Origin: Candidatus Babeliales bacterium
GTDB taxonomy: Bacteria; Babelota; Babeliae; Babelales; JANWKD01
Direction: 5' to 3'
NCBI GenBank assembly: GCA_963701665.1
Contig: OY969622.1
Location: forward strand, 320,001-384,000
Length of the DNA stretch: 64,000 bases
Shown here: piece after piece, positions 9,261 to 18,751 of the stretch
How the letters are laid out: the number at the start of each line of letters is the position of its first letter
Numbering within the stretch: position 1 is the first letter of the stretch
The notes under the pieces: model-generated
The model's input: only the letters and a program-made list of their open reading frames with translations
Database searches by the model: none
Told to the model about the DNA's origin: nothing
Made by a program: the position numbers and the translations under genes

Positions 9261-10700
9261 ATGAAAAAGATTATTTTTTTGAGTATATGCTTAGTAAGTG
9301 GCACAGTTCTAAAAGCTGATGTGCGACAGGACTTGTCTATATTAGCAATGAGTTTGAATACTTTGGCAGAAACATTGAAGGTGCAGCCTGTTATAAAGCC
9401 TATAATTCCCCCTCAACAACCACCGCAAAAACCACCATTGCAAAATGTGCCAATAATTACTGCTCCAAACCCTCCTGGCCAAGTATCAAGTAAGCAATTG
9501 GCGGTCTTGTTGCCTGATGCGCAAAGGACATTTATGGAATTAGCAACTGATATGAACCAATTTATTAGAATTTTAGGTAGTTTCGTTCAATTTACAAAAG
9601 GTCGGGTGAATCCTATTGCAGAATCTGCTCAACTTAACGATTTAGCTGTGTTGCTTAGTCAAAGATTTATGGGCGACAAAATTTATACGTTAAAAAACTG
9701 GATAGACAAAATTAATCAATTAAGATCACAAGTATCACCTGAAGATGCAAAAATTGTTTTTGCATTTTTAGCGGATATTCTGGATCAAATTGATAACTTT
9801 ATGCGTTATCTAAATGAAGTTTATGATAAATATAAGGCTGAATGGGAACGAGTCACTTTTGTATATAAATATCCTTTCGAAGGGTATGCGCAGAAAGCCC
9901 CTGCAAGTTATCATTTTTATAATACAATTATTCAGGTTGGAGCAATAACCAGATTAGAGAATGTTGTTAAGGATCTTAAACAGATGTTGCCATATTGGGA
10001 AAAGCGAGCTGAAACTAAAAAGCAAGGTGGTGCGCAAATAGCACAGGGAAAATTTACTCCGATAATACCGCCTCCTGCTGAAATTCAAGTAGTACCTTCA
10101 ATTGCTAATTTCGAGGATATTAATTTGGCGTCAATTGGACTTCCTCTGGATCAAGCTGCGGGCGACTTTGAAGGTTATATGCATGCTGTGATTGAAAAAG
10201 TGGAGGAATTTCTGAAGAAAGTTGTGTCATCAGATAAAGATTTACGCATATTTAATGAACTTGTTGCTTTAATTAAAAAATTCCAAGATGTTTCTAAAAG
10301 ATTGAACGATGAATTAATTGATTTTAATAAACAGTCAAATCAGTTTACTCAAGAGGATGCCAAGATTGTTGTTAAATTCTTAAAAGGTATACAGACAAAT
10401 ATGAATAATTTTAATCAATGGATTACAGCAGCTGACCAAAGAAATTTTTCTAATTTACAAAACATTAGGTTTATATATAAAAGTCTTGTGATGACACCAA
10501 ATGCTCCAGCTGGTGATAAATTTATAGAATTTGTTGTAACACCTATTAGTCAAATAATGCAAAGAGGTACTGAGCCTAATTTGGCAAATGTGTTAAATGA
10601 TTCTATCTTGGATTGGGAGGAGAAAGTTAATCCTTCTACTTCGCCAATAGGTGGAAAAGGTCCAGGGTATGAAAAGGTGGAATCTTGGATTAACACATAA
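9261..10700 (+). CDS. Secreted helical hypothetical protein (paralog 2)
   Basis: Start reassigned to MKKIIFLS (AGGAG RBS). Shares LQNVPIITAPN..VSSKQLAVLLPD..RTF.ELATDMN and other blocks with paralog 1. Confidence 0.8.
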   Translation: MKKIIFLSICLVSGTVLKADVRQDLSILAMSLNTLAETLKVQPVIKPIIPPQQPPQKPPLQNVPIITAPNPPGQVSSKQLAVLLPDAQRTFMELATDMNQFIRILGSFVQFTKGRVNPIAESAQLNDLAVLLSQRFMGDKIYTLKNWIDKINQLRSQVSPEDAKIVFAFLADILDQIDNFMRYLNEVYDKYKAEWERVTFVYKYPFEGYAQKAPASYHFYNTIIQVGAITRLENVVKDLKQMLPYWEKRAETKKQGGAQIAQGKFTPIIPPPAEIQVVPSIANFEDINLASIGLPLDQAAGDFEGYMHAVIEKVEEFLKKVVSSDKDLRIFNELVALIKKFQDVSKRLNDELIDFNKQSNQFTQEDAKIVVKFLKGIQTNMNNFNQWITAADQRNFSNLQNIRFIYKSLVMTPNAPAGDKFIEFVVTPISQIMQRGTEPNLANVLNDSILDWEEKVNPSTSPIGGKGPGYEKVESWINT

Positions 10701-10738
10701 TTTGCCTACGTTTTTTGCTGTTTAATCTTGATGGTTAA

Positions 10739-10772
10739 AGAGGAGCGCTGTTAAGCGCTCCTCTTACTTTTT
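10739..10772. terminator. Intrinsic terminator between convergent genes
   Basis: AGAGGAGCGC-tgttaa-GCGCTCCTCT. Confidence 0.7.
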
Positions 10773-11274
10773 ATTCCTCTTCTTCACACTCTTCATCATC
10801 ACATTCTTCTTCTTGATCGATTGTAATGATATTCATGAGTGCCAATGCTGTCATAACCGGACGGAAATGATCAATATGTTCACGCGTAATATCCAGTTCA
10901 TCAGTCATTGATTCTTCAAATTCTACGTATTCATCAAAACGCTCATGAGCATTATGCAACCAATCCGATGTTTTAATCAACTCGCGCAATGCGTGTTCTA
11001 ATGATTTGGTAGTTGCTTGAAAATAGTTATGACGCTCGTCATCGCCATAGCAATCAGTCAGTTGCGCGCGGGCAATTGCTAACTGCGCAACTAGTGACGC
11101 GCGTTTTGAGTGATCAAAATTAGAAAGTAAAGCACAATTATTGATTATTGCATCAAGAGCTTCGAGAAGCCCATCAAAGGCATCATCATCCTGCCAGACT
11201 ACTTCCCAATCAATGGTGACCATTTGATCTTTGTAATCATTAATAGTGGAAAAAAGTTCTTCTTTATAATCCAT
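10771..11274 (-). CDS. Acidic hypothetical protein
   Basis: 167-aa ORF with a D/E-rich tail. Confidence 0.7.
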   Translation of the reverse strand: MDYKEELFSTINDYKDQMVTIDWEVVWQDDDAFDGLLEALDAIINNCALLSNFDHSKRASLVAQLAIARAQLTDCYGDDERHNYFQATTKSLEHALRELIKTSDWLHNAHERFDEYVEFEESMTDELDITREHIDHFRPVMTALALMNIITIDQEEECDDEECEEEE

Positions 11275-11442
11275 GCCAGGGCCTTTCTTCTTGATAAATG
11301 ATAAAAGTATGCTGTTAATAATATCATACTATTGTCAATCAGACAATTTCTATTTGTATAGCAGGGCAATCCTTGCCGAAAGGGAAGCTTTTCTGTTAAC
11401 CTTTAATAGGACTTAGTGATTAGCAGAAAAAATAGGTGTTTT

Positions 11443-12633
11443 ATGACTTTTTATAAGAGAAATTTAGAAAAAAAGCTTAAAGAATTCAGGAAATTTCCAG
11501 TTATTGCCCTTTTGGGGCCCCGGCAATCTGGTAAGACTACCTTGGTACGGCATACCTTTAAAAACTATGTTTTTTTGAATTTGGATGATCTTGAAATTTT
11601 GAATCTTATTAAAAGCGACCCTAAAGGACTTTTAAGAAAATACGAAAATGAGCATGGTATTATTCTTGATGAGTTTCAAAATTTTCCTGAATTATTATCA
11701 TATATAAAGGTTATTGTTGATGAAAAAAATAGGCCAGGTTATTTTGTTTTGACTGGTTCTCAAAATTTTTTAATGAATGAGGCTATTACGGAGTCATTAG
11801 CAGGGCGGGTTGGTATACTGACGTTACTACCGTTTTCGTTAGATGAGTTAACTAAAAATAAACTGATTGATGATAAACATCCAGAAAAAACACTCTTTCG
11901 TGGTAGTTATCCACGTGTTTATATTGATACCTTTACGCCGTTAGAAGTGTACCCTTCGTATATTCAAACATACTTAGAACGCGATGTGCGCCAACTTGTC
12001 AATGTAACAAATCTAGGTACGTTCCAAAAGTTCATTAAGTTATGTGCTGCTCGTATAGGTCAACTGCTTAATTATACTGATTTGGCAACGAATTGTGGCA
12101 TTAGTGTGTCCACCGTGCATCAATGGCTTGCGGTTCTTGAAGCAAGTTATATTGTTTTTTTGTTACGTCCTCATTGGCAAAATTTTAATAAGCGTATAAC
12201 AAAAACACCTAAACTATATTTTTACGATACTGGCATTGCTTGCTCATTATTAGAGATTACCTCTGAAAAAAGCTTGGCATTAAATCCTTTCTACGGAAAT
12301 CTTTTTGAAAATTATATCATTGCTGATTTTTACAAACAATTTTTTAATGAAGGGTTGCAAGCACCATGCTATTTTTGGCGCGATAAAAATGGCGATGTTG
12401 AAGTTGATTGTTTGATTAACAAAGATGCACACTTAATTCCCATTGAAATCAAATCAGGGGAAACATTTATGCAGAATTATTTTAATGCACTTAAAAAATG
12501 GAGCTCTTTTGCGCAACAGCCAGAAAAAAATAATTATGTTGTGTATGGCGGCACTAAGTCATTTTCAGGAGAACAAGGAAATTTGGTGCCTTGGTATGAT
12601 TCAGGTGAACTTATAAAAAAGATCAAAGAATAA
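11443..12633 (+). CDS. AAA_14/DUF4143 ATP-binding protein
   Basis: GPRQSGKT Walker A, ILDEFQ Walker B, LTGS, KTPKLYFYDTG and EVD..IPIEIKS. Confidence 0.92.
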   Translation: MTFYKRNLEKKLKEFRKFPVIALLGPRQSGKTTLVRHTFKNYVFLNLDDLEILNLIKSDPKGLLRKYENEHGIILDEFQNFPELLSYIKVIVDEKNRPGYFVLTGSQNFLMNEAITESLAGRVGILTLLPFSLDELTKNKLIDDKHPEKTLFRGSYPRVYIDTFTPLEVYPSYIQTYLERDVRQLVNVTNLGTFQKFIKLCAARIGQLLNYTDLATNCGISVSTVHQWLAVLEASYIVFLLRPHWQNFNKRITKTPKLYFYDTGIACSLLEITSEKSLALNPFYGNLFENYIIADFYKQFFNEGLQAPCYFWRDKNGDVEVDCLINKDAHLIPIEIKSGETFMQNYFNALKKWSSFAQQPEKNNYVVYGGTKSFSGEQGNLVPWYDSGELIKKIKE

Positions 12634-12674
12634 TTTTTTGTGGATCTAGTATTCTGAAAGCTAAGTAAGTCTTT

Positions 12675-13421
12675 TCAACGTGCTCGTGCATGCACGATGC
12701 AAGAAGGTCCGCTGCTACGCAACCAAAGATCTTTATGGAAATAAACAACGTCAAAGCCTGCTTTTTCAAGAAGGTCTTTAAGTTCGTCATCACTATACCA
12801 GACAAGCTGTAAAAGCTCATTTTCTTGTTCTTGCACGATGCCATTGACTAAAAGTTCATAAAAACAAAGTGCATCAGCTTGTTTTCGTTCAAGATTAAAA
12901 ACATAACGAGTGGTTAAACGAATTTTTTTGCTTTCATCAAGAGTTACTAATCGAACGTATGATTCTTCATTAATTTCAGGAACAAAAATATCAAGTAAAA
13001 GATCTCCATGCTGGTGCATGTGCAAGTGAAGTTTTTGTAATGCTTGTAATGCTACGTCTTTATTGGTGATGAGCTGAAATGAAGCAACGGCAATAGTCAC
13101 CGTAGTATATTTGTGTGGCACATTGAGATTTTCAAGTGATTGTTCATAGAGATTTGCTGCAATATGTGCTTGTGCACATCGTTGTCGACACCGTTCGAGC
13201 ATACTTGGAGAATTATCTACACCATCAACATAGTATCCACGCTGCACGAGTGGGATTAATAGTCGGCCAGAACCACACATCGCTTCTAAAATTCTGCTTT
13301 CGTCTTTTTTCATGAATGAGCTGTAGAAATCAAGTTCACGTTCGGTTGCAAATTTTTTGGTAGCATCATAAAACATGCTACATAATTTGCCGTAAGCAGT
13401 GACTTGTGATGTTTTGTTCAT
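12675..13421 (-). CDS. Class I SAM-dependent methyltransferase
   Basis: LEAMCGSGR and GVDNSPSML motifs. Confidence 0.88.
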   Translation of the reverse strand: MNKTSQVTAYGKLCSMFYDATKKFATERELDFYSSFMKKDESRILEAMCGSGRLLIPLVQRGYYVDGVDNSPSMLERCRQRCAQAHIAANLYEQSLENLNVPHKYTTVTIAVASFQLITNKDVALQALQKLHLHMHQHGDLLLDIFVPEINEESYVRLVTLDESKKIRLTTRYVFNLERKQADALCFYELLVNGIVQEQENELLQLVWYSDDELKDLLEKAGFDVVYFHKDLWLRSSGPSCIVHARAR

Positions 13422-13486
13422 AAGTATTTAATTTCCGCACATGAATTCATTATGAAACTGGCATTAACAAAAAAGGCAGATAATTT

Positions 13487-13639
13487 TTATTTTCTATGAG
13501 CACCCATGTGCCGTGCTCTAATACTTGCTTCTGCTTTTTCGCGTGTGCTTGAATGTGCAATCACTTTCCATTTTCCACGTTCATGTTTCAGGATTGGCCA
13601 TCCTTTAGTTTTTGTTTTTCTGCCAACTTTATAGGGCAT
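13487..13639 (-). CDS. Small basic hypothetical protein (50 aa)
   Basis: MPYKVGRKTKTKGWPILKHERGKWKVIAHSSTREKAEASIRARHMGAHRK*, with an AAGGAG RBS. Below the ORF-track length cutoff. Confidence 0.65.
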   Translation of the reverse strand: MPYKVGRKTKTKGWPILKHERGKWKVIAHSSTREKAEASIRARHMGAHRK

Positions 13640-13752
13640 AGTAACTCCTTTTACTATAAAAAGAGTTTACAAATTTTATCAAAATTCATTCAAGAGAACT
13701 AAGGTTTTCTCGTTGATGCGGATTCGATATAAATTGTGCAATCAGCAAGAAT

Positions 13753-13956
13753 GTCTTCCCGAGGCTTTAGCCGTGGGGATCCAGAACTTTAATAAATTCC
13801 TTAAAGGATTAATTTTATAATTGGATTCTACTTCGTTAAAACTTCGTAGAACAGGTTGCCAGCTCCTTCGAAGCTCGTAGAGCGAAGTAGGATCGCAATG
13901 ACAATTTTGTTTTCAATGTTGCCTTTGCGTAGCCAAATTCAATGTATCGAATTTGC
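13753..13956 (-). repeat. REP/RPE-like palindromic element, copy C (inverted), with nested modules
   Basis: Reverse complement of the copy A/B core, with modules at 13826-13855 and 13864-13892. Confidence 0.85.
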
Positions 13957-13957
13957 A

Positions 13958-14527
13958 TTATTCATCTTTATATCTGCACGATTGGCAGGTGATGAATTCC
14001 CATGCAATTTTTTTCAATTCACGTAATTCCGGTGCCGTAGACCAATAGTCGGGATCTGCGTGTAATTGAGTTTCGAGAAAGTTAATCAAAGGGGATACTT
14101 TATTGCCTATTTCTCGATTTTTTATGCGGTATGCTTTGTAGGCAATGGTAAGGGGTGTTTCATGATGATCATTAACATCGTTAACTTCAAGACCATTCTC
14201 ATATACTAAGGTGCGTAAAAGTGGTTTGTATCTTTCAATAAGATTATCAAAACTGGAAGCATGTTTTTGAGCTACTAAGTTTTCCACTATGCAATGAATA
14301 AGACCGTTATGAGGTCCATAATGATAGGATCTTAATGTTTTTGCTGGAAGCTTATCTAATTCTCTTTTGATTGATTTAGGATGGAAAATATGGTGTTGAA
14401 TGAAATCTTCGAGTGCCACATCAGATGGTAATGATTCGGATGGTTCTGCTATTTGTACTTGTTCCTGTTCCATGCATTGCGATGTTATAACTATAAAGCT
14501 TGCCAAAATTGATGTAATGATTTTCAC
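13958..14527 (-). CDS. Secreted hypothetical protein with a degenerate ankyrin-like motif
   Basis: Signal peptide followed by MEQ; VNDVNDHHETPLTIA. Confidence 0.65.
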   Translation of the reverse strand: MKIITSILASFIVITSQCMEQEQVQIAEPSESLPSDVALEDFIQHHIFHPKSIKRELDKLPAKTLRSYHYGPHNGLIHCIVENLVAQKHASSFDNLIERYKPLLRTLVYENGLEVNDVNDHHETPLTIAYKAYRIKNREIGNKVSPLINFLETQLHADPDYWSTAPELRELKKIAWEFITCQSCRYKDE

Positions 14528-14536
14528 GTTGTTCCT

Positions 14537-14920
14537 TTATCTACCTCTTTGTAGTGCAGCTGCGTAATTGAATTGGTAAAAATAATCTTGCCAAAATTTA
14601 TCCGTTGAAGAATATACATTATCATACATGAAGTAGTCAATGAGGCATTCGCGAACAAGAAGGAGCTCTTTTAATGTGCCATTTTTATGTTTCGGATCTG
14701 CAATAGTAAAATCTAAAAGTTCTATTGCTCTTTCAAATGCATCATGACTATATTCTAAGTTCCCTTTGTTTCTCCATTGAATGGTACGATCAACATCGCA
14801 TCCAACATTTGCTAATTGTTCCAAAACAGAAAATTTGAACCAACGGCCTTCGGCAAGTGTTGAATGTATGATTTTTTTCTTTTTTAAATCTTCGATAGTT
14901 TTTTCTCTTGTTATACGCAT
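14537..14920 (-). CDS. Conserved hypothetical protein
   Basis: GRWF..SVLEQLANVG..V.R...W pattern; start uncertain (the ORF is open to 15001). Confidence 0.65.
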   Translation of the reverse strand: MRITREKTIEDLKKKKIIHSTLAEGRWFKFSVLEQLANVGCDVDRTIQWRNKGNLEYSHDAFERAIELLDFTIADPKHKNGTLKELLLVRECLIDYFMYDNVYSSTDKFWQDYFYQFNYAAALQRGR

Positions 14921-15020
14921 GTGTTCTTGAGTATACATGATGTCCAATGAATCCGAGCAGATTGCTATAAAATTGCAAAAATATATAGCATAGTATAACA
15001 AAAATATGTCGAAAGCATAA

Positions 15021-15062
15021 AAAAAAGAGCTTTCAAAAAGTGACTTTTGAAAGCTCTTTTTT
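15021..15062 (-). terminator. Intrinsic terminator
   Basis: AAAGAGCTTTCAAAA-agtgac-TTTTGAAAGCTCTTT. Confidence 0.75.
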
Positions 15063-15079
15063 AATACAGTTTTTTTAGC

Positions 15080-15463
15080 TTATTTTACAAACCAAAAAAC
15101 GAGTGCGTAAGCTATGAAGCGAGCAATGTGATAACCAGCGTCGATTAATAACACTTTAGTATCACGGCCTGAGAATTGGTAGTTGATGCATAATGAAAGT
15201 GCAACTAACACACCAACAAGCGCGCCTACAAAGATGTTCTGTTCTAATGAAGCTGAGTTCATTACTAATTTTTGGAATCCGATAGCAGCAAGAAGTGAAC
15301 ATATAAAGGAGATAACGTACGGCGTAAAACCGGCGTTTTTCATCTGTGTTTCGGATACGCCTGCAGCTTGTGCCCAGATTTTTCCAAATAGTACTGAGTA
15401 CCAAAGTGCGCCTAAAGCGAAGCTTGAAACAGTAGCGATTGCAACTGGTAATAAATTAAACAT
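15080..15463 (-). CDS. DUF1761 family membrane protein
   Basis: GALWYS..FGK.W and IDAGY motifs; 4 TM segments. Confidence 0.85.
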   Translation of the reverse strand: MFNLLPVAIATVSSFALGALWYSVLFGKIWAQAAGVSETQMKNAGFTPYVISFICSLLAAIGFQKLVMNSASLEQNIFVGALVGVLVALSLCINYQFSGRDTKVLLIDAGYHIARFIAYALVFWFVK

Positions 15464-15698
15464 TAAAACCTCATTTGTTAATAGGTTAATATATATAAAC
15501 CAAGAATTATACTACTATGCAATATAATTCCTCTTTATAAGTTTATAGAAATTTATAAGTTTGTCCATACCAAATATTGTTTCAGATAGGATTATATGAG
15601 AAAATTTAACCTATTTTACCCTGTAATTTTCAGCGTACAAATTTTTAGGGTATAATGGTATAAAAATACCTCTATAAGCCCTTTTTTGGCAGCCCCCC

Positions 15699-16760
15699 TT
15701 GAAACCTCAAAACACTCTATTTCTTACCCCTCCCTTACTCTCCCCTGATCATATACGGGAGAAAATTGCCTGTATTCGTGCCCACCGTGAGCGGATTTTC
15801 AGGGTTGGCATTGAGGTATTGAAAGAAAAACTCATAGTCCATAATTATGGCCATGGCGGTGCCGGGTGGACGTTCCTTTTTGGGTGCGTTAATGAGGCTG
15901 TGCGCCAGTTCCAAAAGCAGGTGCCACAAAACCCTAAATGTGCGCCAAAAATCAAGGTGATCGGCGCAGGTTGTTATGGCCTGTTGACTGCCATAACGCT
16001 GTTCAAAAAAGGGTATGATGTTTCCTTAGTGGCGCACGCGCTAGAAGAACTTCCCTCAGGCAAAGCCGCGGGCTTCTTTTTCCCGAGGGCACGCAAATGC
16101 TCAACGCCTCAAGAACGAGCTGAGTTTTTTGCGCGAGCGCGCGAATCATATCAACAATACCTCAACATTATCGAGGGCAGTCATCCGTTTTTGAAACGAG
16201 GGCCGAAGTTGGTGCCCGCATATTTTGGCCCGGATATTGATCCTGGTTTTGCTCCGTTCATTGAAGAAGGGCTTATTGAAAAACCTGAACGAGTGAGCAT
16301 TTCATTCGGTGGCAGCAAAATATATGATGTGCTGGCGTATAACATTGTTTTTATTAATCCACCGGTATTAATGCAAGAATTATGGTGTGTTTTTAACGAG
16401 TGCGCTATACCAATCGAGCGTCGAGAAATTCGCTCGTTTGACGAGATTCAAGAATCGATCATTTTCAATTGCGCGGGCATGGGGGCCAAAAAGCTTGCCA
16501 ACGATATGCGCATGGTTCCTGTGCAAGGGCATTTAATTACGCTAAAAAATCAACCAGATGTTACCGCATTACAATATCTTCTTAATGTGAAAGTTGTCAT
16601 GCACGATGAACATGGCAGAGTGCGTGATGAGCTTGTTTATTTTGCGCCGAATGGCGAGGGGATTCTGGGTATTACTTTTTTGCGAGGGCAATCTGAAGCG
16701 AGTGCCAACCAGCATGAATTCGAGCGACTTTTAAAGCGTAGTCGTGATTTTTTTGGGTAA
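15699..16760 (+). CDS. FAD-dependent oxidoreductase, D-amino acid oxidase-like
   Basis: VHNYGHGGAGW, VIGAGCYGL, FNCAGMGA and PVQGHL motifs. Confidence 0.8.
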   Translation: MKPQNTLFLTPPLLSPDHIREKIACIRAHRERIFRVGIEVLKEKLIVHNYGHGGAGWTFLFGCVNEAVRQFQKQVPQNPKCAPKIKVIGAGCYGLLTAITLFKKGYDVSLVAHALEELPSGKAAGFFFPRARKCSTPQERAEFFARARESYQQYLNIIEGSHPFLKRGPKLVPAYFGPDIDPGFAPFIEEGLIEKPERVSISFGGSKIYDVLAYNIVFINPPVLMQELWCVFNECAIPIERREIRSFDEIQESIIFNCAGMGAKKLANDMRMVPVQGHLITLKNQPDVTALQYLLNVKVVMHDEHGRVRDELVYFAPNGEGILGITFLRGQSEASANQHEFERLLKRSRDFFG

Positions 16761-16822
16761 TGACAAGCATGTTCTTGCAAAAAACGAGTGCAGTTCAGTA
16801 CAGTTACGAAAGAAAGGATTGT

Positions 16823-17248
16823 ATGAGTGCACTTATTGTTCGAGATGATGTTGTTATTCCTGAAGCAGAATTAGAAATTACGGCAAGTACTGCTGGTGGT
16901 CCCGGCGGCCAACATGTCAATAAAACTGCTTCACGCATTACCATTCGCTGGAATGTCAAAAATTCTGCAGCGCTGACTGATGAGCAAAAACAGCGCGTCA
17001 TGGATAATCTTGCATCGCGGTTAACAACAGAAGGAGATTTTATGGTGCACAACAGTGAATCACGTAGTCAACAACACAACAAAAAAAATGCGCTCAATCA
17101 ACTTGCTCATGAAATTCGCAAAGCACTGCATGTACCAAAGAAACGTATGAAAACAAAAATTTCTGAAGGTGCCAAAGAAGTGAGGCGCAAGCAAAAATCA
17201 CATCGCTCTGAAATCAAAAAAATGAGAAGCAAAAAAATCGACTACTAG
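16823..17248 (+). CDS. arfB: Alternative ribosome rescue factor B
   Basis: GPGGQHVNK, SRSQ..NK and a basic C-terminal tail; start reassigned to MSALIV. Confidence 0.93.
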   Translation: MSALIVRDDVVIPEAELEITASTAGGPGGQHVNKTASRITIRWNVKNSAALTDEQKQRVMDNLASRLTTEGDFMVHNSESRSQQHNKKNALNQLAHEIRKALHVPKKRMKTKISEGAKEVRRKQKSHRSEIKKMRSKKIDY

Positions 17249-17383
17249 AGGTTAATATCAACTCGTGACATTTTGTCACGAGTTCGATCTTTTTTTATTA
17301 ATCAAAATCTTACGTACTATGTATTATTTGTACGTTGTTACATTGTGCAGCAGAAATAATATTGGAAACAAAATTGTCATTGC

Positions 17384-18561
17384 TGTATGTGTTCAGAGTT
17401 TCGGTGAATAATTTTTGGCACAAAGAGACAAGCAGAGTTAAATTGAAAATTTTTTAATTCCCTTAAACGGGTGTGCTCGATTCCTTCAACAAAGCTGATG
17501 GAATTTTACCATCCAAACCTTGATGGGGCCGATGTTCATTATGATAGAAATTATAGCCAAGAACAGCATCTTTTAGTTCATCAATTGTGTTAAATATAGA
17601 TCCTTCAATAACTTCATCATCAAAAGAACGCCAAAATCTCTCAATTTTTCCATTTGTTTGAGGCTTATAAGGGAGGGTTCTTCGGTGCTTAATAGCAAAA
17701 TGAAGTAGCAATCTTTCAAAAGGATGATTTTTTAATCTTTCTGGACCTGAACAAAATTCAGCACCATTATCAGTTAAAGCTTCATCAAATGTGATACCGT
17801 ATCGTTGGTTCATATGCAAAATGATATCCATCATAGCAAAAGTCACATCTATTGCTTTGAGAGATTCAATTACTTCAACCCAAACTATTCTAGAGAAGTC
17901 ATCAATAACTCCCAGCACAAAATATTTCTTTTTAGGTTCAGATTGCACAATTTCTTTAGGTAAGTAATGGCAATCTATATGGGCTAATGACCCTGCGAAT
18001 GTTCTCACGATCTTTCTTTTTTCCTCTTGTACTCGTTTAGTTAACTTAGAAACGCCATATTTTCGTAATGTTCGATATACTGAACTTGCAGAACAACCCT
18101 TTTTAATCAAGGGATTTTTTTTGAGGGCTGCGGCAATAACATACCTATTTAAACCTGATTTCCGATACTCTAAAATTTGTTTTACAAGACTATCATCTGC
18201 AAGCGGCATTTCTTCAAACTTAGGCTTGGGACCGCGTCTTATAGGCAACAAAAGTTCGGGAATTTCCTGAGCAGCTTTGTAGCGTCTGTAAAGCTTATAA
18301 AAATTCTGAAAACAGAGTTCTCTGGCTTCAAAAAATTCTCGAACACGCTTAAATTGAGGGTGTTTTTTTGACTTAACAAGTTCGTATTCTTCCACATATT
18401 TTAGCATATATTTAATTGAATTGCTTGCTAAAGTACGATACGATGTATTTATACCCATAAAAGGAACTCCTGTTAAAATTGTTAATATTTGCATATTTAA
18501 TTCTAACTCTGATTTCCCTTTGTGGGTATCTTTTTATTCACCGAAATTATGAACTTCTACA
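17384..18561 (-). mobile_element. IS481-family insertion sequence, 1178 bp
   Basis: TGT...ACA ends; imperfect IRs TGTATGTGTTCAGAGTTTCGGTGAATAA and TGTAGAAGTTCATAATTTCGGTGAATAA; 5-bp target duplication ATTGC at 17379-17383 and 18562-18566. Confidence 0.92.
17463..18494 (-). CDS. IS481-family DDE transposase
   Basis: HIDCH, IDDFSR, TDNGAEF, PQTNGKIERF and YHNEHRPHQGL motifs. The true start may be MGINT at 18458. Confidence 0.92.
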   Translation of the reverse strand: MQILTILTGVPFMGINTSYRTLASNSIKYMLKYVEEYELVKSKKHPQFKRVREFFEARELCFQNFYKLYRRYKAAQEIPELLLPIRRGPKPKFEEMPLADDSLVKQILEYRKSGLNRYVIAAALKKNPLIKKGCSASSVYRTLRKYGVSKLTKRVQEEKRKIVRTFAGSLAHIDCHYLPKEIVQSEPKKKYFVLGVIDDFSRIVWVEVIESLKAIDVTFAMMDIILHMNQRYGITFDEALTDNGAEFCSGPERLKNHPFERLLLHFAIKHRRTLPYKPQTNGKIERFWRSFDDEVIEGSIFNTIDELKDAVLGYNFYHNEHRPHQGLDGKIPSALLKESSTPV

Positions 18562-18751
18562 ATTGCGAGCGCAAGCGTGGCAATCCAATTATAAAATTAG
18601 TTCCTTTAAGGAATTAATTAAAGTTTGGATCCCCACGGCTAACGCCTCGGGATGACATGCCGGTATTCATTGCGCTAATTAGAAGTTACAACTTCAGTCC
18701 GTGACAAAATGTCACGACCTCACTTGCCTCTGAAATTAAGCGATGCTTGTA

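Larger units (their letters stand above)
17361..18656 (+). repeat. REP/RPE-like element, copy D, interrupted by IS481
   Basis: 17361-17383 joined to 18567-18656 reconstitutes the copy A sequence. Confidence 0.85.
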
